A stretch of DNA of 64,000 nucleotides from an uncultured Clostridia bacterium (GTDB lineage Bacteria > Bacillota > Clostridia > TANB77 > CAG-508): NCBI GenBank assembly GCA_947626025.1, contig CANQQQ010000002.1, positions 2,239 through 66,238 of the forward strand. Reading direction: 5' to 3'. The stretch's first letter is position 1. Each line of letters begins with the position of its first letter. The notes beneath the pieces were generated by a model. That model was not told the origin of the DNA. It searched no databases and saw only the letters and a list, made by a program, of their open reading frames with translations. Made by a program: the position numbers and the translations under genes. Below are positions 34,746 to 44,448 of the stretch, piece after piece.

Positions 34746-35477
34746 ATGTTGTTAAAAAACTGTATTTATTTTATTTTAATAGTAATTAGTTTACTTTCTA
34801 TACCAATATTGATTTATTCAATAAAAAATAAAAGCAAAAATAATAGTAAAAGTATAAAAATAATTATTATTTTTTATATAATATACTTAATTTTAGGTGC
34901 TGTTGTTATCCCAGATATTTTATGTTTAGATATAGGACTTGAATTTTTACTTATAGAATTTGTAGTCTTGATCGCTATAATAATTTATCTTATATCTACT
35001 ATTATATGTTCAAAGAAAATTAAAAAAAGCAATGAAATATTTTCTTTATCTAAAAAAACGATAGTATTTACATTGTTGTTGATTATATTACCTATTTTGT
35101 TATTTTTGGGTAGTTTCATTAAAGAATATTATTTAATAATGAATAGTGATTTAGTATTAGTATATAATTCACGTGGTAATGGTGGATTTGGAAATAGTAC
35201 GGAATTTGCATATGCAATTAATGAAAAATATTGTAAAGAAATTAGTTTGGGTATTGGAGTTGGAGATTATAGCTTAGTAAAATATTTACCTAAAAAAGCA
35301 AAAAAGATAGATAATATTAAAGATATAAGTAATTTAGGTAATTATGATATATCTTTTGATAGCAATGACAAATATATTTCAGTATATAAAAATGGTAAAC
35401 TTATTCACGAAGAGCAACTTAATTCAAGTTATTTTAACATTGATTTTGAAGGAGGTTTTTATATAAATAATAATTAA
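34746..35477 (+). CDS. Hypothetical polytopic membrane protein with a C-terminal soluble domain.
   Basis: Four hydrophobic helices followed by a ~110-aa hydrophilic domain. A terminator hairpin lies at about 35595-35640. Confidence 0.45.
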   Translation: MLLKNCIYFILIVISLLSIPILIYSIKNKSKNNSKSIKIIIIFYIIYLILGAVVIPDILCLDIGLEFLLIEFVVLIAIIIYLISTIICSKKIKKSNEIFSLSKKTIVFTLLLIILPILLFLGSFIKEYYLIMNSDLVLVYNSRGNGGFGNSTEFAYAINEKYCKEISLGIGVGDYSLVKYLPKKAKKIDNIKDISNLGNYDISFDSNDKYISVYKNGKLIHEEQLNSSYFNIDFEGGFYINNN

Positions 35478-35688
35478 TTAAAAATTATGGACAATTGAAA
35501 TTTATTATCTTATAAAATATATTATTATTCCATTTCTTAAATATATAGAGTTCGGTTTTAGAAAGTTTCGGTTCACCAAAGTATTGCTATTCGAACTTGG
35601 GTAGCAATTTTTGTTTTAATTTATATAAAAAACATTATCAGTTATTGAGACTGGTAATGTTTTTTAATATAAATTATGCATTTACTCA

Positions 35689-36264
35689 TTATTTTATATT
35701 TTTATTTCTAATGTAATCCCCATCAAATTCATTTTCAAGTATATCCATATGTAATTTATCATAATACTTTCCGTTTAAAAATATTTCTTCTCTACTTTTT
35801 CCTGTATCTTTAAACCCACATTTTAAATAACATTTATGAGCTCTTTCATTTATTGCAAGAAGGTCTAATCTTATGCTATGTAAATTTAAATATTTAAATC
35901 CATATTCTAATAATAGTCTTATGGCTTCTGTACCATATCCATTGTTCCTATAATCTTTATCCCCAATAAATATTCCAAGTACTGCACTTCTTTCAATCCA
36001 ATTAAAATGTTCTAATCCTATTGTTCCAATTAATTTATCATTATTTAATTCAATAATACTAAAATTTCTGTTATCAGTATTTTTTGCTGAATTTTCAAGC
36101 CATTCTTTTTCTCCACTTAATGTTGTTATTTGTCCACTCCTACCAGTATAATCTGTAACTTGAAAGTCATTCATCCATTCAGTAAATTTTTCTATTTCTT
36201 CATCTGATACATCTTTTGGAGATAAATATATTCTATCTCCTATTAATTTTTTAAAATATTGCAT
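35689..36264 (-). CDS. GNAT-family N-acetyltransferase (RimL-like).
   Basis: 191 aa with an acetyl-CoA-binding GNAT fold (RNNGYGTEAIRLLLEYGF). Confidence 0.8.
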   Translation of the reverse strand: MQYFKKLIGDRIYLSPKDVSDEEIEKFTEWMNDFQVTDYTGRSGQITTLSGEKEWLENSAKNTDNRNFSIIELNNDKLIGTIGLEHFNWIERSAVLGIFIGDKDYRNNGYGTEAIRLLLEYGFKYLNLHSIRLDLLAINERAHKCYLKCGFKDTGKSREEIFLNGKYYDKLHMDILENEFDGDYIRNKNIK

Positions 36265-36417
36265 AATTTATTTCTCCTTTGATTTTTATAATTATTCTGA
36301 TAATCTACTCAAAAAAATTATATAATATATTTAATTTATTTACAATTATTCTTGGTAAAAAAAGTATCTACCTCATTTGGTCAATACTATCATTCATTTT
36401 TTATATTAATCTACTGT

Positions 36418-36852
36418 TTATTCAATGGTAAACTCTGCATATAATTCGATTTCTCCATCACTTGTTGACACAGTTTTTACTATTCTATATTCTCCATTTT
36501 CTAATTCTCCATATCTTTCAGACCAATCTATATTAAAGTCTAGTTTCCCTGTTTTTCCAGGATAATAAGCAGGCCACTTAACTATATAGTTACCTTTTGT
36601 TTCTACAGATTTCCACTTTCCGTTTTCTCTTTTTTCTACGCTATAATCCTCGCCATAGCAATGTTTTTTATTATTATCTTTTATTAAAACTGTAGCACTT
36701 GTCTTTGTTAATGTTCCCTCTTTTATTGTCATTATTATACCAGTGCTATCCTCTGATATATTTTTGTTAATTATTATAAATATTGCAAATAATACTGCAA
36801 GTATCGCTAAAACAATTAATGTAATTGTTAATCCTTTTTTCATTATTATCAC
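36418..36852 (-). CDS. Small membrane-anchored beta-rich protein, paralog 1 of 3.
   Basis: MIIMKKGLTITLIVLAILAVLFAIFIIINKN is the TM anchor. The rest is TIKEGTLT...W..SERYGELENGEYRIVKTV...IELYAEFTIE. Confidence 0.6.
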   Translation of the reverse strand: MIIMKKGLTITLIVLAILAVLFAIFIIINKNISEDSTGIIMTIKEGTLTKTSATVLIKDNNKKHCYGEDYSVEKRENGKWKSVETKGNYIVKWPAYYPGKTGKLDFNIDWSERYGELENGEYRIVKTVSTSDGEIELYAEFTIE

Positions 36853-37023
36853 CTTTTACATTATTTTTGTATTATAATACTATCATACTATTTATATTAT
36901 TTCAACCATTGTAATATTATCGAGAAAATTATACATTAGTTGATTTTTGAAATTTTACATTTTAAACAAGTATCTACCTCTTTTGGTAAATACTATTATT
37001 TATTTTTTATATTAATTTACTGT

Positions 37024-37455
37024 TTATTCAATGGTAAACTCTGCATATAATTCGATCTCTCCATCACTTGTTGACACAGTTTTTTTTATCCTATATTCTC
37101 CGTTTTCTAATTCCCCATATCTTTCAGACCAATCTACATTACATTCTATTTTTCCATCTTTCCCAGGTATCAGTCCAAGAAGATTAAATGTATATCTATT
37201 AATTGGGGGTATTGATTTCCATTCGCTATTTTCTTTTTTATCTATACCATAACTTTCTCCACAACTATAATCACTTCTGCTTTCTAAAACAATTGTTGCA
37301 CTTCTCCTCGTTAATGTTCCCTCTTTTATTGTCATTGTTATACCAGTGCTATCCTCAGATATATTTTTGTTAATTATTATAAATATTGCAAATAATACTG
37401 CAAGTATCGCTAAAACACTTAATGTAATTGTTAATCCTTTTTTCATTATTATCAC
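37024..37455 (-). CDS. Small membrane-anchored beta-rich protein, paralog 2 of 3.
   Basis: The N- and C-terminal 30 aa are nearly identical to paralog 1. The central region is diverged. Confidence 0.6.
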   Translation of the reverse strand: MIIMKKGLTITLSVLAILAVLFAIFIIINKNISEDSTGITMTIKEGTLTRRSATIVLESRSDYSCGESYGIDKKENSEWKSIPPINRYTFNLLGLIPGKDGKIECNVDWSERYGELENGEYRIKKTVSTSDGEIELYAEFTIE

Positions 37456-37626
37456 CTTTTACATTATTTTTGTATTATTATACTATCATACTATTTATAT
37501 TATTTCAACCATTGTAATATTATTGGGAAAATTATACTTTAGCTGATTTTTGAAATTTTACATTTTAAACAAGTATCTACCTCTTTTGGTAAATACTATT
37601 ATTTATTTTTTATATTAATTTACTGT

Positions 37627-38064
37627 CTATTCAATGGTAAACTCAGCATATAATTCGGTATCTCCATCATTTGTAAATACTTCTTTTACTATTCTATATT
37701 CTCCATTTTCCAATTCTCCATATCTTTCAGTCCAATCTAGATTAAAGTCTAATTTCCCAATCAAAGAACTACAACTAACAGCAGGAACAAAATATCCCTT
37801 TATCTGAGTTACTGATTTCCAGTTATCATTTTCTTTTTTTTCTATATTATAATCATATCCACAACTAACATCCTTTCCTTTTATTATAATTGTTGCACTT
37901 GTCTTTGTTAATGTGCCTTCTTTTATTGTCATTGTTATATCAGTGCTATCCTCAAATATATTTTTGTTAACTATTATAAATATTGCAAATAATACTGCAA
38001 GTATCGCTAAAACAATCAATGTAATTATTAATGCTTTTTTCATTATTATCACCTTTTCTTTCAT
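37627..38064 (-). CDS. Small membrane-anchored beta-rich protein, paralog 3 of 3.
   Basis: It has the same architecture, and the flanking intergenic DNA is also duplicated (unit of about 605 bp). Confidence 0.6.
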   Translation of the reverse strand: MKEKVIIMKKALIITLIVLAILAVLFAIFIIVNKNIFEDSTDITMTIKEGTLTKTSATIIIKGKDVSCGYDYNIEKKENDNWKSVTQIKGYFVPAVSCSSLIGKLDFNLDWTERYGELENGEYRIVKEVFTNDGDTELYAEFTIE

Positions 38065-38544
38065 TTCTATAGTATTATACTACCATGCTATTTACATTAT
38101 TTCAACCATTTTATATTATTTTTAAAATATTTTGAAGTTAATATATTTATTAATTTTGAAAGAATATTTGTATATTTATAGTCAATTTTAAGATAGAAAA
38201 ATAATATAAACTATATTTATTTTATCTAAAGGAAGTTTTCATATGACTAATAATTAATCTGAATAATATAGATATTTTTTTGATAAAATAATATTATATA
38301 TAAATATATTGCATTGATAATATTTTTATATCATATAAAATATTATTTTAAAAAGTTTATACTTATAGCAAAAATATTAATTAATTTTATAATTGGTTTA
38401 CATATTGTGTTTTACTGTAGATTATGATATAATACATACGATTTGGAAAATTACCATATTCAGAAACTTTCACTTATATTTGTTACTTTTTAACATTTTT
38501 TAAATGAACTATTATTGAAGTTCCATAATGAAAGGAGCGATATT

Positions 38545-39063
38545 ATGGAAAAGAAAAAAATTTTAGTGTTAACCTGTTATAAAGAGAAGCAGGATCATAT
38601 TGCTCGGTTAATAGAAGAAAGCTCAGAGTTCATGATTTTCAACGCATTTAGTGAGTTTTCATCTTATTCTTCTAGTTTTCCAATGTGCTTCAACTTGCCA
38701 AATGTTACAGAAAATCCTGATCTTATAATTATTTCATTGCCACCTGATTGCACAACTGCCGTCTTAACATGGGCTTCCGTCAGGTCGATTCCAACCGTTG
38801 TTGTTGCATCAAAACTTCCTCAGTATCTTTTGATTAGCATAAGAGATTATTACAGTAAAATGATGCCCATTTTCATGTTCAGTAATATTAAACGGAGTAT
38901 TAGAATGAGGATTATTTCATTCATTTTACATGTATCGAGTGTTTTAAATGGCAATGAAACTAAGGCACAGAATGATATAGTTTCGAAAAGCATTTTATCA
39001 TCTGTATCTTTTCTAATTAAACAGAAAAAAGGATTTTATAGTCTTGATTCTCTGTTAGATTAA
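38545..39063 (+). CDS. Hypothetical protein with a receiver-like N-terminus (KILVLT...PDLIIISLPPD) but lacking the phospho-acceptor acidic residues. Its GC content is above background.
   Basis: The RBS is aaaggagcgatattATG. A terminator follows at 39085-39120. Confidence 0.4.
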   Translation: MEKKKILVLTCYKEKQDHIARLIEESSEFMIFNAFSEFSSYSSSFPMCFNLPNVTENPDLIIISLPPDCTTAVLTWASVRSIPTVVVASKLPQYLLISIRDYYSKMMPIFMFSNIKRSIRMRIISFILHVSSVLNGNETKAQNDIVSKSILSSVSFLIKQKKGFYSLDSLLD

Positions 39064-39084
39064 TAAGTGAAAGTAAAACAAATA

Positions 39085-39120
39085 AAAGGAAAATCTTTGA
39101 TTTTCCTTTTATTTGTTTTT
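39085..39120 (+). terminator. Rho-independent terminator.
   Basis: The stem is aaaggaaaatc / gattttccttt and it is followed by tatttgttttt. Confidence 0.65.
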
Positions 39121-39278
39121 GCCGACTTAATTTTAGGAATTAAACTTAGTAAATCTCAATGTAATAGTGATTGTCACATTTTATATAATAGCGAAATTTG
39201 TCTTTCTTATTATATAAAGAAATGATGACATAGTTCTTCTTGTGTCTATGCCACCATTTTTATCTAAATATATTCATT

Positions 39279-39473
39279 TTAATCATTTACTTTTGAATAT
39301 AGACCTATTGATATTAAACCTGAAATTCCTACAAGTACATATATAATTCTACTTACTACACTCATTGTTCCAAATATTGTAGCAACTAGGTCAAAGTCGA
39401 ATAGTCCAATTAATAACCAATTTAATGCTCCTATTATTACTAAAGTAAGAGCAATATAATATAAAACTTTCAT
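39279..39473 (-). CDS. DUF378-family small membrane protein.
   Basis: IGALNWLLIGLFDFDLVATIFG matches the DUF378 consensus. The leader is unusually long (more than 300 nt) and contains direct repeats. Confidence 0.7.
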   Translation of the reverse strand: MKVLYYIALTLVIIGALNWLLIGLFDFDLVATIFGTMSVVSRIIYVLVGISGLISIGLYSKVND

Positions 39474-39642
39474 AGTAATATCATCCTTTCTAGCATAAAT
39501 CTAATTTAGGATATAATTAAATTTTAATTTTATCCTTAATTATAAATATTTAGATATCATTATTATATTTCTTTTTTCAAAATTTATTCATTTTTTTTAA
39601 ATTTTGTTGTTTTTTGAAAACTGAAAAATCACTCTAATCAAA

Positions 39643-39795
39643 TTTTGCTTCGCAAATTTATCATGCTCCTAAAATAGACTTACAGGAGGTTCTGTTTCTC
39701 CATCTATGTAATTTTCTTCTTTTTTGCCTGATAAATTTGCTTCGCAAATTTATCATGCTCCTAAAATAGACTTACAGGAGGTTCTGTTTCTCCTG
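39643..39795. repeat. Two direct repeats of about 61 bp, each carrying an 8-3-8 palindrome (AAATTTGC-TTC-GCAAATTT), in the leader/promoter region of the DUF378 gene.
   Basis: The sequence aaatttgcttcgcaaatttatcatgctcctaaaatagacttacaggaggttctgtttctcc occurs at 39643-39703 and again at 39735-39795. The second copy extends into the hairpin cttacagga/tcctgtaag. Confidence 0.75.
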
Positions 39796-40113
39796 TAAGA
39801 AAATAATATAATTGGGGGCTATGTAGAGGAAAGTTTTCTGAAAATTTGGGAGCCAGAAAAAAGATTTTAAATTTTTTCTTTCCCCTACAAGTTTAAAAAC
39901 ATAATAAATAATCTACGATAACTAAAACTTTAATCTAACAAATGATTAAAATTTTTATACCGCTTTATACTTTTATCTAACAGGATTTTTTGGATTTTTT
40001 AAATAGATTTAAAAATCATTTGATACAAAAAATATTGATTATTTGATAAAAATATATAAAGAATAAAAAAGTTATTTCTTTGTACCCATAATAGCATGCT
40101 TTATAATAGTATG

Positions 40114-40654
40114 TCAACAACTTTTCATCGACATCATTCGACAAACTATTATAGCGGTAGCTATTCCAACCACATCTGCCATTAATGCTGCATATAATAC
40201 AAATCTTGTTTTCTTTATTTTTACTACTCCTGTATATACTGCTATTGTGTATAGTGTTGTTTCTGTTGCACCCATTATTACTGATGCTATTATACCTATT
40301 TCACTGTCAACTCCATAAGTTTTCATTATACTCGTAGCAGTTGCTATGGATGCACTTCCGAGAAATCGGTCTTAATAGAGCAAGTGGCAATATTTCTGTT
40401 GGAAATTTTATAAAGTTTAATATTGGGGACAAAATTTGTCCTATGCCGTCTATAACACCTGAACTTCTTAAAGCCCCTATTGCTAAGAATAATCCAATAA
40501 GTGTTGGTAAAATTTTTATAGTTGTTTCTAATCCTTCTTTAGTTCCATCTACAAATATATCAAATACTTTTTTCTTTTCAATTAATCCATATAATATAAT
40601 TATAAATATTACAAACGGAACTGCAATTATAGAAATATAGTTTATTATTTCCAA
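40114..40654 (-). pseudogene. spmB: Spore maturation protein B, split by a +1 frameshift at about 40360 (track ORFs 40307..40654 and 40114..40326).
   Basis: The upstream ORF ends ...LALLRPISRKCIHSNC. The alternative frame reads ...ISGSASIATATSIMKTYGVDS..., matching the downstream ORF. Removing one C from tct-cgg-aag restores the expected contiguous protein of about 180 aa. Confidence 0.6.
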
Positions 40655-40691
40655 TATACTTCCTCCTCTTCGTTAATATACAAGTGCTTTC

Positions 40692-41282
40692 TTATTTATT
40701 TCTTAATATAAATAACTTCACAGCCGTGATTCCTGCAATTGCTGCACATATTGTTGCTATCCATACTGGTACAATTATCGCCGTAGGATTTTTTGATTGT
40801 AAAGATACTCTTATCGCAATTATTGTTGTAGGTATTATTTGTAAAGATGCTGTATTTAGTACAATTAACATTGCCATAGAATCTGATAATCTATCTTTAT
40901 TTCTATTGCATTTTTGTAATTCTTCCATTGCTTTTAACCCTAATGGAGTAGATGCATTTCCTATTCCCAAAATGTTTGCAGTCATATTCATAGCAATTTT
41001 TTCTTTTGCCTCTTTATTGTCCTTAATTTCTGGAAATAACCAATTCATCACTGGATTTAATAATTTAGTAAATTTTACAATTAAATTTGTGCTTTGTGCT
41101 ATTTTCATAATTCCACACCATAAGCACATTGCTCCCAATAGACTTATACTTAATGAAACCGCTTCATTAACTGAATTAAAAATTTCTGTATTTACTTTCT
41201 CTATATTACCTGTAAATGTTGCATAAATATATGAAATTATTATAAATATTGGCCAAATAAAATTTAACATATTTATTATCAT
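40692..41282 (-). CDS. spmA: Spore maturation protein A (nucleoside-recognition-domain membrane protein).
   Basis: 196 aa. The segment NMTANILGIGNASTPLGLKAMEEL is typical of SpmA. It lies directly upstream of spmB. Confidence 0.8.
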   Translation of the reverse strand: MIINMLNFIWPIFIIISYIYATFTGNIEKVNTEIFNSVNEAVSLSISLLGAMCLWCGIMKIAQSTNLIVKFTKLLNPVMNWLFPEIKDNKEAKEKIAMNMTANILGIGNASTPLGLKAMEELQKCNRNKDRLSDSMAMLIVLNTASLQIIPTTIIAIRVSLQSKNPTAIIVPVWIATICAAIAGITAVKLFILRNK

Positions 41283-41504
41283 TCCTTTTCAGTATAAATG
41301 TAGTATAGAAAACAATTGAGTGTTATAAATAGTTTCTATCACTAACTACTCCACTCTTGTTAAACTCTATTCTTCTAAATAAAAAAAATACATTAATTTT
41401 GGTAAATTTTTCATTGACCTTATTATACAAATTATGCTATTATATAAACGTGGCTTTACTTTAAAAACATCAAAAGAAAAAACAGCTTTTAAGGAGGAAT
41501 TTCT

Positions 41505-41771
41505 ATGATAAAATCTACAGGAATCGTTAGAAGGATGGACGAATTAGGTCGTGTAGTAATACCTATGGAGCTTCGTAATCAATTTAAAATAGTAGAGAAA
41601 GATCCTATTGAGATTTTCGTTGACGGCTCTTCTATAGTTTTAAGAAAGTATGAACCTAATTGTATTTTTTGCGGAAGTACAAAGGATTTATATGAATATA
41701 ATGATAAGCTTATCTGTAGTAAATGTGCCGAAAAAATTAGTAACTTAAAAAGTAAAGAAGAAAAAAAATGA
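41505..41771 (+). CDS. AbrB/SpoVT-family transcriptional regulator with a C-terminal Cys-rich tail.
   Basis: GIVRRMDELGRVVIPMELRNQ is the AbrB N-domain swapped-hairpin signature. The C-terminus carries CIFCGS...CSKC. The promoter is ttgacc N18 tattat, with RBS aaggagg. Confidence 0.8.
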   Translation: MIKSTGIVRRMDELGRVVIPMELRNQFKIVEKDPIEIFVDGSSIVLRKYEPNCIFCGSTKDLYEYNDKLICSKCAEKISNLKSKEEKK

Positions 41772-41789
41772 TGGATTTTCCATCATTTT

Positions 41790-42626
41790 TCATTTTATAA
41801 ACTGTTTATATATTTCATTCTTAGGTACGTTTCTATCTTTCGCTACTTGCTTTATAATTTCCTTATTTTGATATCCTAATTTCTCATAATATTTATAATG
41901 TTCTTCTATACTCAACTTATTTAATTCCTCTGCGTCATTTGCATTATTTTGATTTTTATCTATTATAATAACATACTCCCCTTTTGGTTCTGTTATTTTA
42001 TTAATACACTCTTTTACTGTACCCCTTTCAAAGCTTTCGTGAATTTTAGTCATTTCATGTGCTAGCACAATTTTCCTATTTTCAATTATATCTTCTAAAT
42101 CTTTCAAAGTTTCTTTCAACTTATGTGGAGCTTCATATAATATAGTTGTATTTTTCGCAAATTTAATTTCTTGTAATTTTTCCTTTCTGTTCTTATTATT
42201 CATTGGTAAAAATCCAATAAAAGTAAATTCTTTTGTATCTAATCCAGATGAAATTAATGCACAAATTAAAGCACAAGCTCCTGGTATTGGTACTATATCT
42301 ATATTATTTTCTATAGCTTCTTTTACAATCTCTTCTCCTGGATCTGATATTGCCGGAGTTCCTGCATCTGTTACTAACGCTATGTTTTTACCTTCTAGTA
42401 TTTTTTCAATTATTTCTTTTATTCTTTTTTCATCACTGTGTCTCTGATAGCTTATCAATGGTTTTGATATTTCTAAATGATTTAATAATTGCAAAGTATG
42501 CCTTGTATCTTCAGCTACTATTATATCTACTTCTTTTAATATTCTAACAGCTCTTAATGTTATATCTTCTAAGTTTCCTATTGGAGTTGCTATTAAATAT
42601 AATTTACCTGCCATTTTACAATTCAA
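41790..42626 (-). CDS. rsmI: 16S rRNA (cytidine1402-2'-O)-methyltransferase.
   Basis: LYLIATPIGNLEDITLRAVRILKEVDIIVAEDTRHT, a tetrapyrrole-methylase-fold RsmI signature. Confidence 0.9.
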   Translation of the reverse strand: MNCKMAGKLYLIATPIGNLEDITLRAVRILKEVDIIVAEDTRHTLQLLNHLEISKPLISYQRHSDEKRIKEIIEKILEGKNIALVTDAGTPAISDPGEEIVKEAIENNIDIVPIPGACALICALISSGLDTKEFTFIGFLPMNNKNRKEKLQEIKFAKNTTILYEAPHKLKETLKDLEDIIENRKIVLAHEMTKIHESFERGTVKECINKITEPKGEYVIIIDKNQNNANDAEELNKLSIEEHYKYYEKLGYQNKEIIKQVAKDRNVPKNEIYKQFIK

Positions 42627-42632
42627 TCCTCT

Positions 42633-43376
42633 CTAAATTTTTTCACATAATTTTAATATTTCTTCTCTATATGATCCATCTTCATTATAAATAATAAGAG
42701 GCTCTAAAACTTTTAAAAACTTTCCTCCATTTTTTACCGCTTTTATCAATACTTCATTAGGTGCTTTATTTATTTTTGGATATATAAACCTTATTTCCTT
42801 TGGTTCTAACTTATATCGTCTTAGATATTCTATTATATCAGCTATTCTCTCTGGTCGATTTATCATATAAAATGCTCCATAATCTTTTAGTTCTTCAGAT
42901 GCAACTCTTATAAAGTCTTCTAAATCTGCTGTTATCTCATGTCTTGAAATCATCTTTATATTATTTTCATTAACAACACCTGTATCTTTCTTTTTATACG
43001 GTGGATTTGTAACAACCACATCAAACTTAGCCTGTCCAAGACTTTTAGATATATTTTTAATATTATCATTAATTATTTTAACATGATCTTCTAAATTATT
43101 TAATCTTACACTTCTTTCTGCCATTTCAGCCACTTCTTTTTGTATTTCTATTGCTATTACTTGTGCATTTTCTATTTTTTGAGATAATAATATTGCTATT
43201 ATACCGGTTCCAGTTCCTAAATCTAAAATTTTACTTTCTTTTTTTTCACATTTTGCATAATTTGCTAATATTACACTATCAATTCCAAAACAAAACCATT
43301 CTTTATTTTGAATTATTTTTAATCCTTTATATTGTAAATCATCTATTCTTTCGTTTTCTTTTAATTGTATTTCCAT
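42633..43376 (-). CDS. tRNA (adenine-N6)-methyltransferase, YabB/TrmN6-like SAM-dependent MTase.
   Basis: ILDLGTGTGIIAIL (motif I) and VVTNPPY (the NPPY amino-MTase motif). It is adjacent to rsmI, as yabB is to yabC in Bacillus. Confidence 0.75.
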   Translation of the reverse strand: MEIQLKENERIDDLQYKGLKIIQNKEWFCFGIDSVILANYAKCEKKESKILDLGTGTGIIAILLSQKIENAQVIAIEIQKEVAEMAERSVRLNNLEDHVKIINDNIKNISKSLGQAKFDVVVTNPPYKKKDTGVVNENNIKMISRHEITADLEDFIRVASEELKDYGAFYMINRPERIADIIEYLRRYKLEPKEIRFIYPKINKAPNEVLIKAVKNGGKFLKVLEPLIIYNEDGSYREEILKLCEKI

Positions 43377-43463
43377 ATTTTCCTCATTATCACTATTTAA
43401 TATTTCATTGAATATTATACATTAAAAGTATAAATTTTTCAATAAATTGAAAGGACTGATTAT

Positions 43464-43679
43464 ATGGAAGAAAGGATTTTTTATAGTTCTTCTCCTACAG
43501 ATACTCAAAATAGGGCAACCCCTAATCCTCCTCATGCTAATAAAAAGCCTAAGAAAAATAAAATAAATTTTGCAGAGAAAAAAAATAATACAATTAATTC
43601 TTTACATGAAGTTGAAAGTTTTTTAAATGATCTTAAACATTTTAAACGATACATTCACCTATATAAATTTTTTAAATGA
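43464..43679 (+). CDS. Hypothetical small basic protein of 71 aa.
   Basis: An ORF with a modest RBS, and a bidirectional hairpin downstream at 43680-43705. Confidence 0.3.
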   Translation: MEERIFYSSSPTDTQNRATPNPPHANKKPKKNKINFAEKKNNTINSLHEVESFLNDLKHFKRYIHLYKFFK

Positions 43680-43698
43680 TTAAAAGCCTTAATTGCTT

Positions 43699-44250
43699 TT
43701 AATCATTTCTTTCAAAATTTTCTGTAAAATTCATATATCCATCCATAAACTGCTGATTTTCTTCTCCATCAATTAAAATTCTAACAAATGTCACTTCATT
43801 TAATTCTGTCAAAGTATCTACTATAGAATAAACTGTTTTTATCTCGTTTTCTAATCCACCTACATGATTGTTAATAAATTCCTTTGAAAAATCTATATAT
43901 ACAACATTTCCATTTATATATGCATTATTTATTTTTGTTCCCTGCGGTATAGTAACTTGTAAATTCTCTGCCTTTGGTCCTTCTATTAACATTTGTAACA
44001 GTTCTCTATATGGATTATCTGCTAATAATTTAGCATCTATCATACGACTTTCCCTAACTACTTCTCCTGTTTGTTTATCCTCAAAATATAAAGATATTAT
44101 TGTCTTTCGCTCTTGTTCTTCGCTGATTTCTTCTTCTGGTGTTATTTCGCTCTGTACCTCTACCTCTTGTCTATTTCTCGTACAAAAGAAAATAACCCCT
44201 CCTATAATTAATAAAATTACTAGAACTATTATCAGTCTTTTACCTTTCAT
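43699..44250 (-). CDS. GerMN-domain lipoprotein or membrane-anchored protein.
   Basis: An N-terminal TM/signal (LIIVLVILLIIGGVIFFC) and a GerMN-like domain (ISLYFEDKQTGEVV...VTIPQGTKINNAYINGNVVYIDFSKEF). Confidence 0.55.
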   Translation of the reverse strand: MKGKRLIIVLVILLIIGGVIFFCTRNRQEVEVQSEITPEEEISEEQERKTIISLYFEDKQTGEVVRESRMIDAKLLADNPYRELLQMLIEGPKAENLQVTIPQGTKINNAYINGNVVYIDFSKEFINNHVGGLENEIKTVYSIVDTLTELNEVTFVRILIDGEENQQFMDGYMNFTENFERND

Positions 44251-44448
44251 TTTAACACCAACCCTTTCTTAAGATATAATTTCAAAACTTGTCTTTATTA
44301 TTTTCTTTTTAATTTATATTCTAACATCTAGCATTTAGAACTTTGTTTTCCATTTTATTACATTGACTTTTTTCTTAATTCATTATAGAATGTGATATAA
44401 TTGTAGATAAAAAGTTTTGTGTTAAAATTAAGGAGGAAATATAATTTT

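Noticed and set aside
39643-39795. Possible CRISPR array, because of identical ~61-bp direct repeats.
   Set aside because: There are only two repeat copies. The intervening 31 bp does not behave like a spacer, no cas genes are present, and the repeats contain operator-like palindromes instead.
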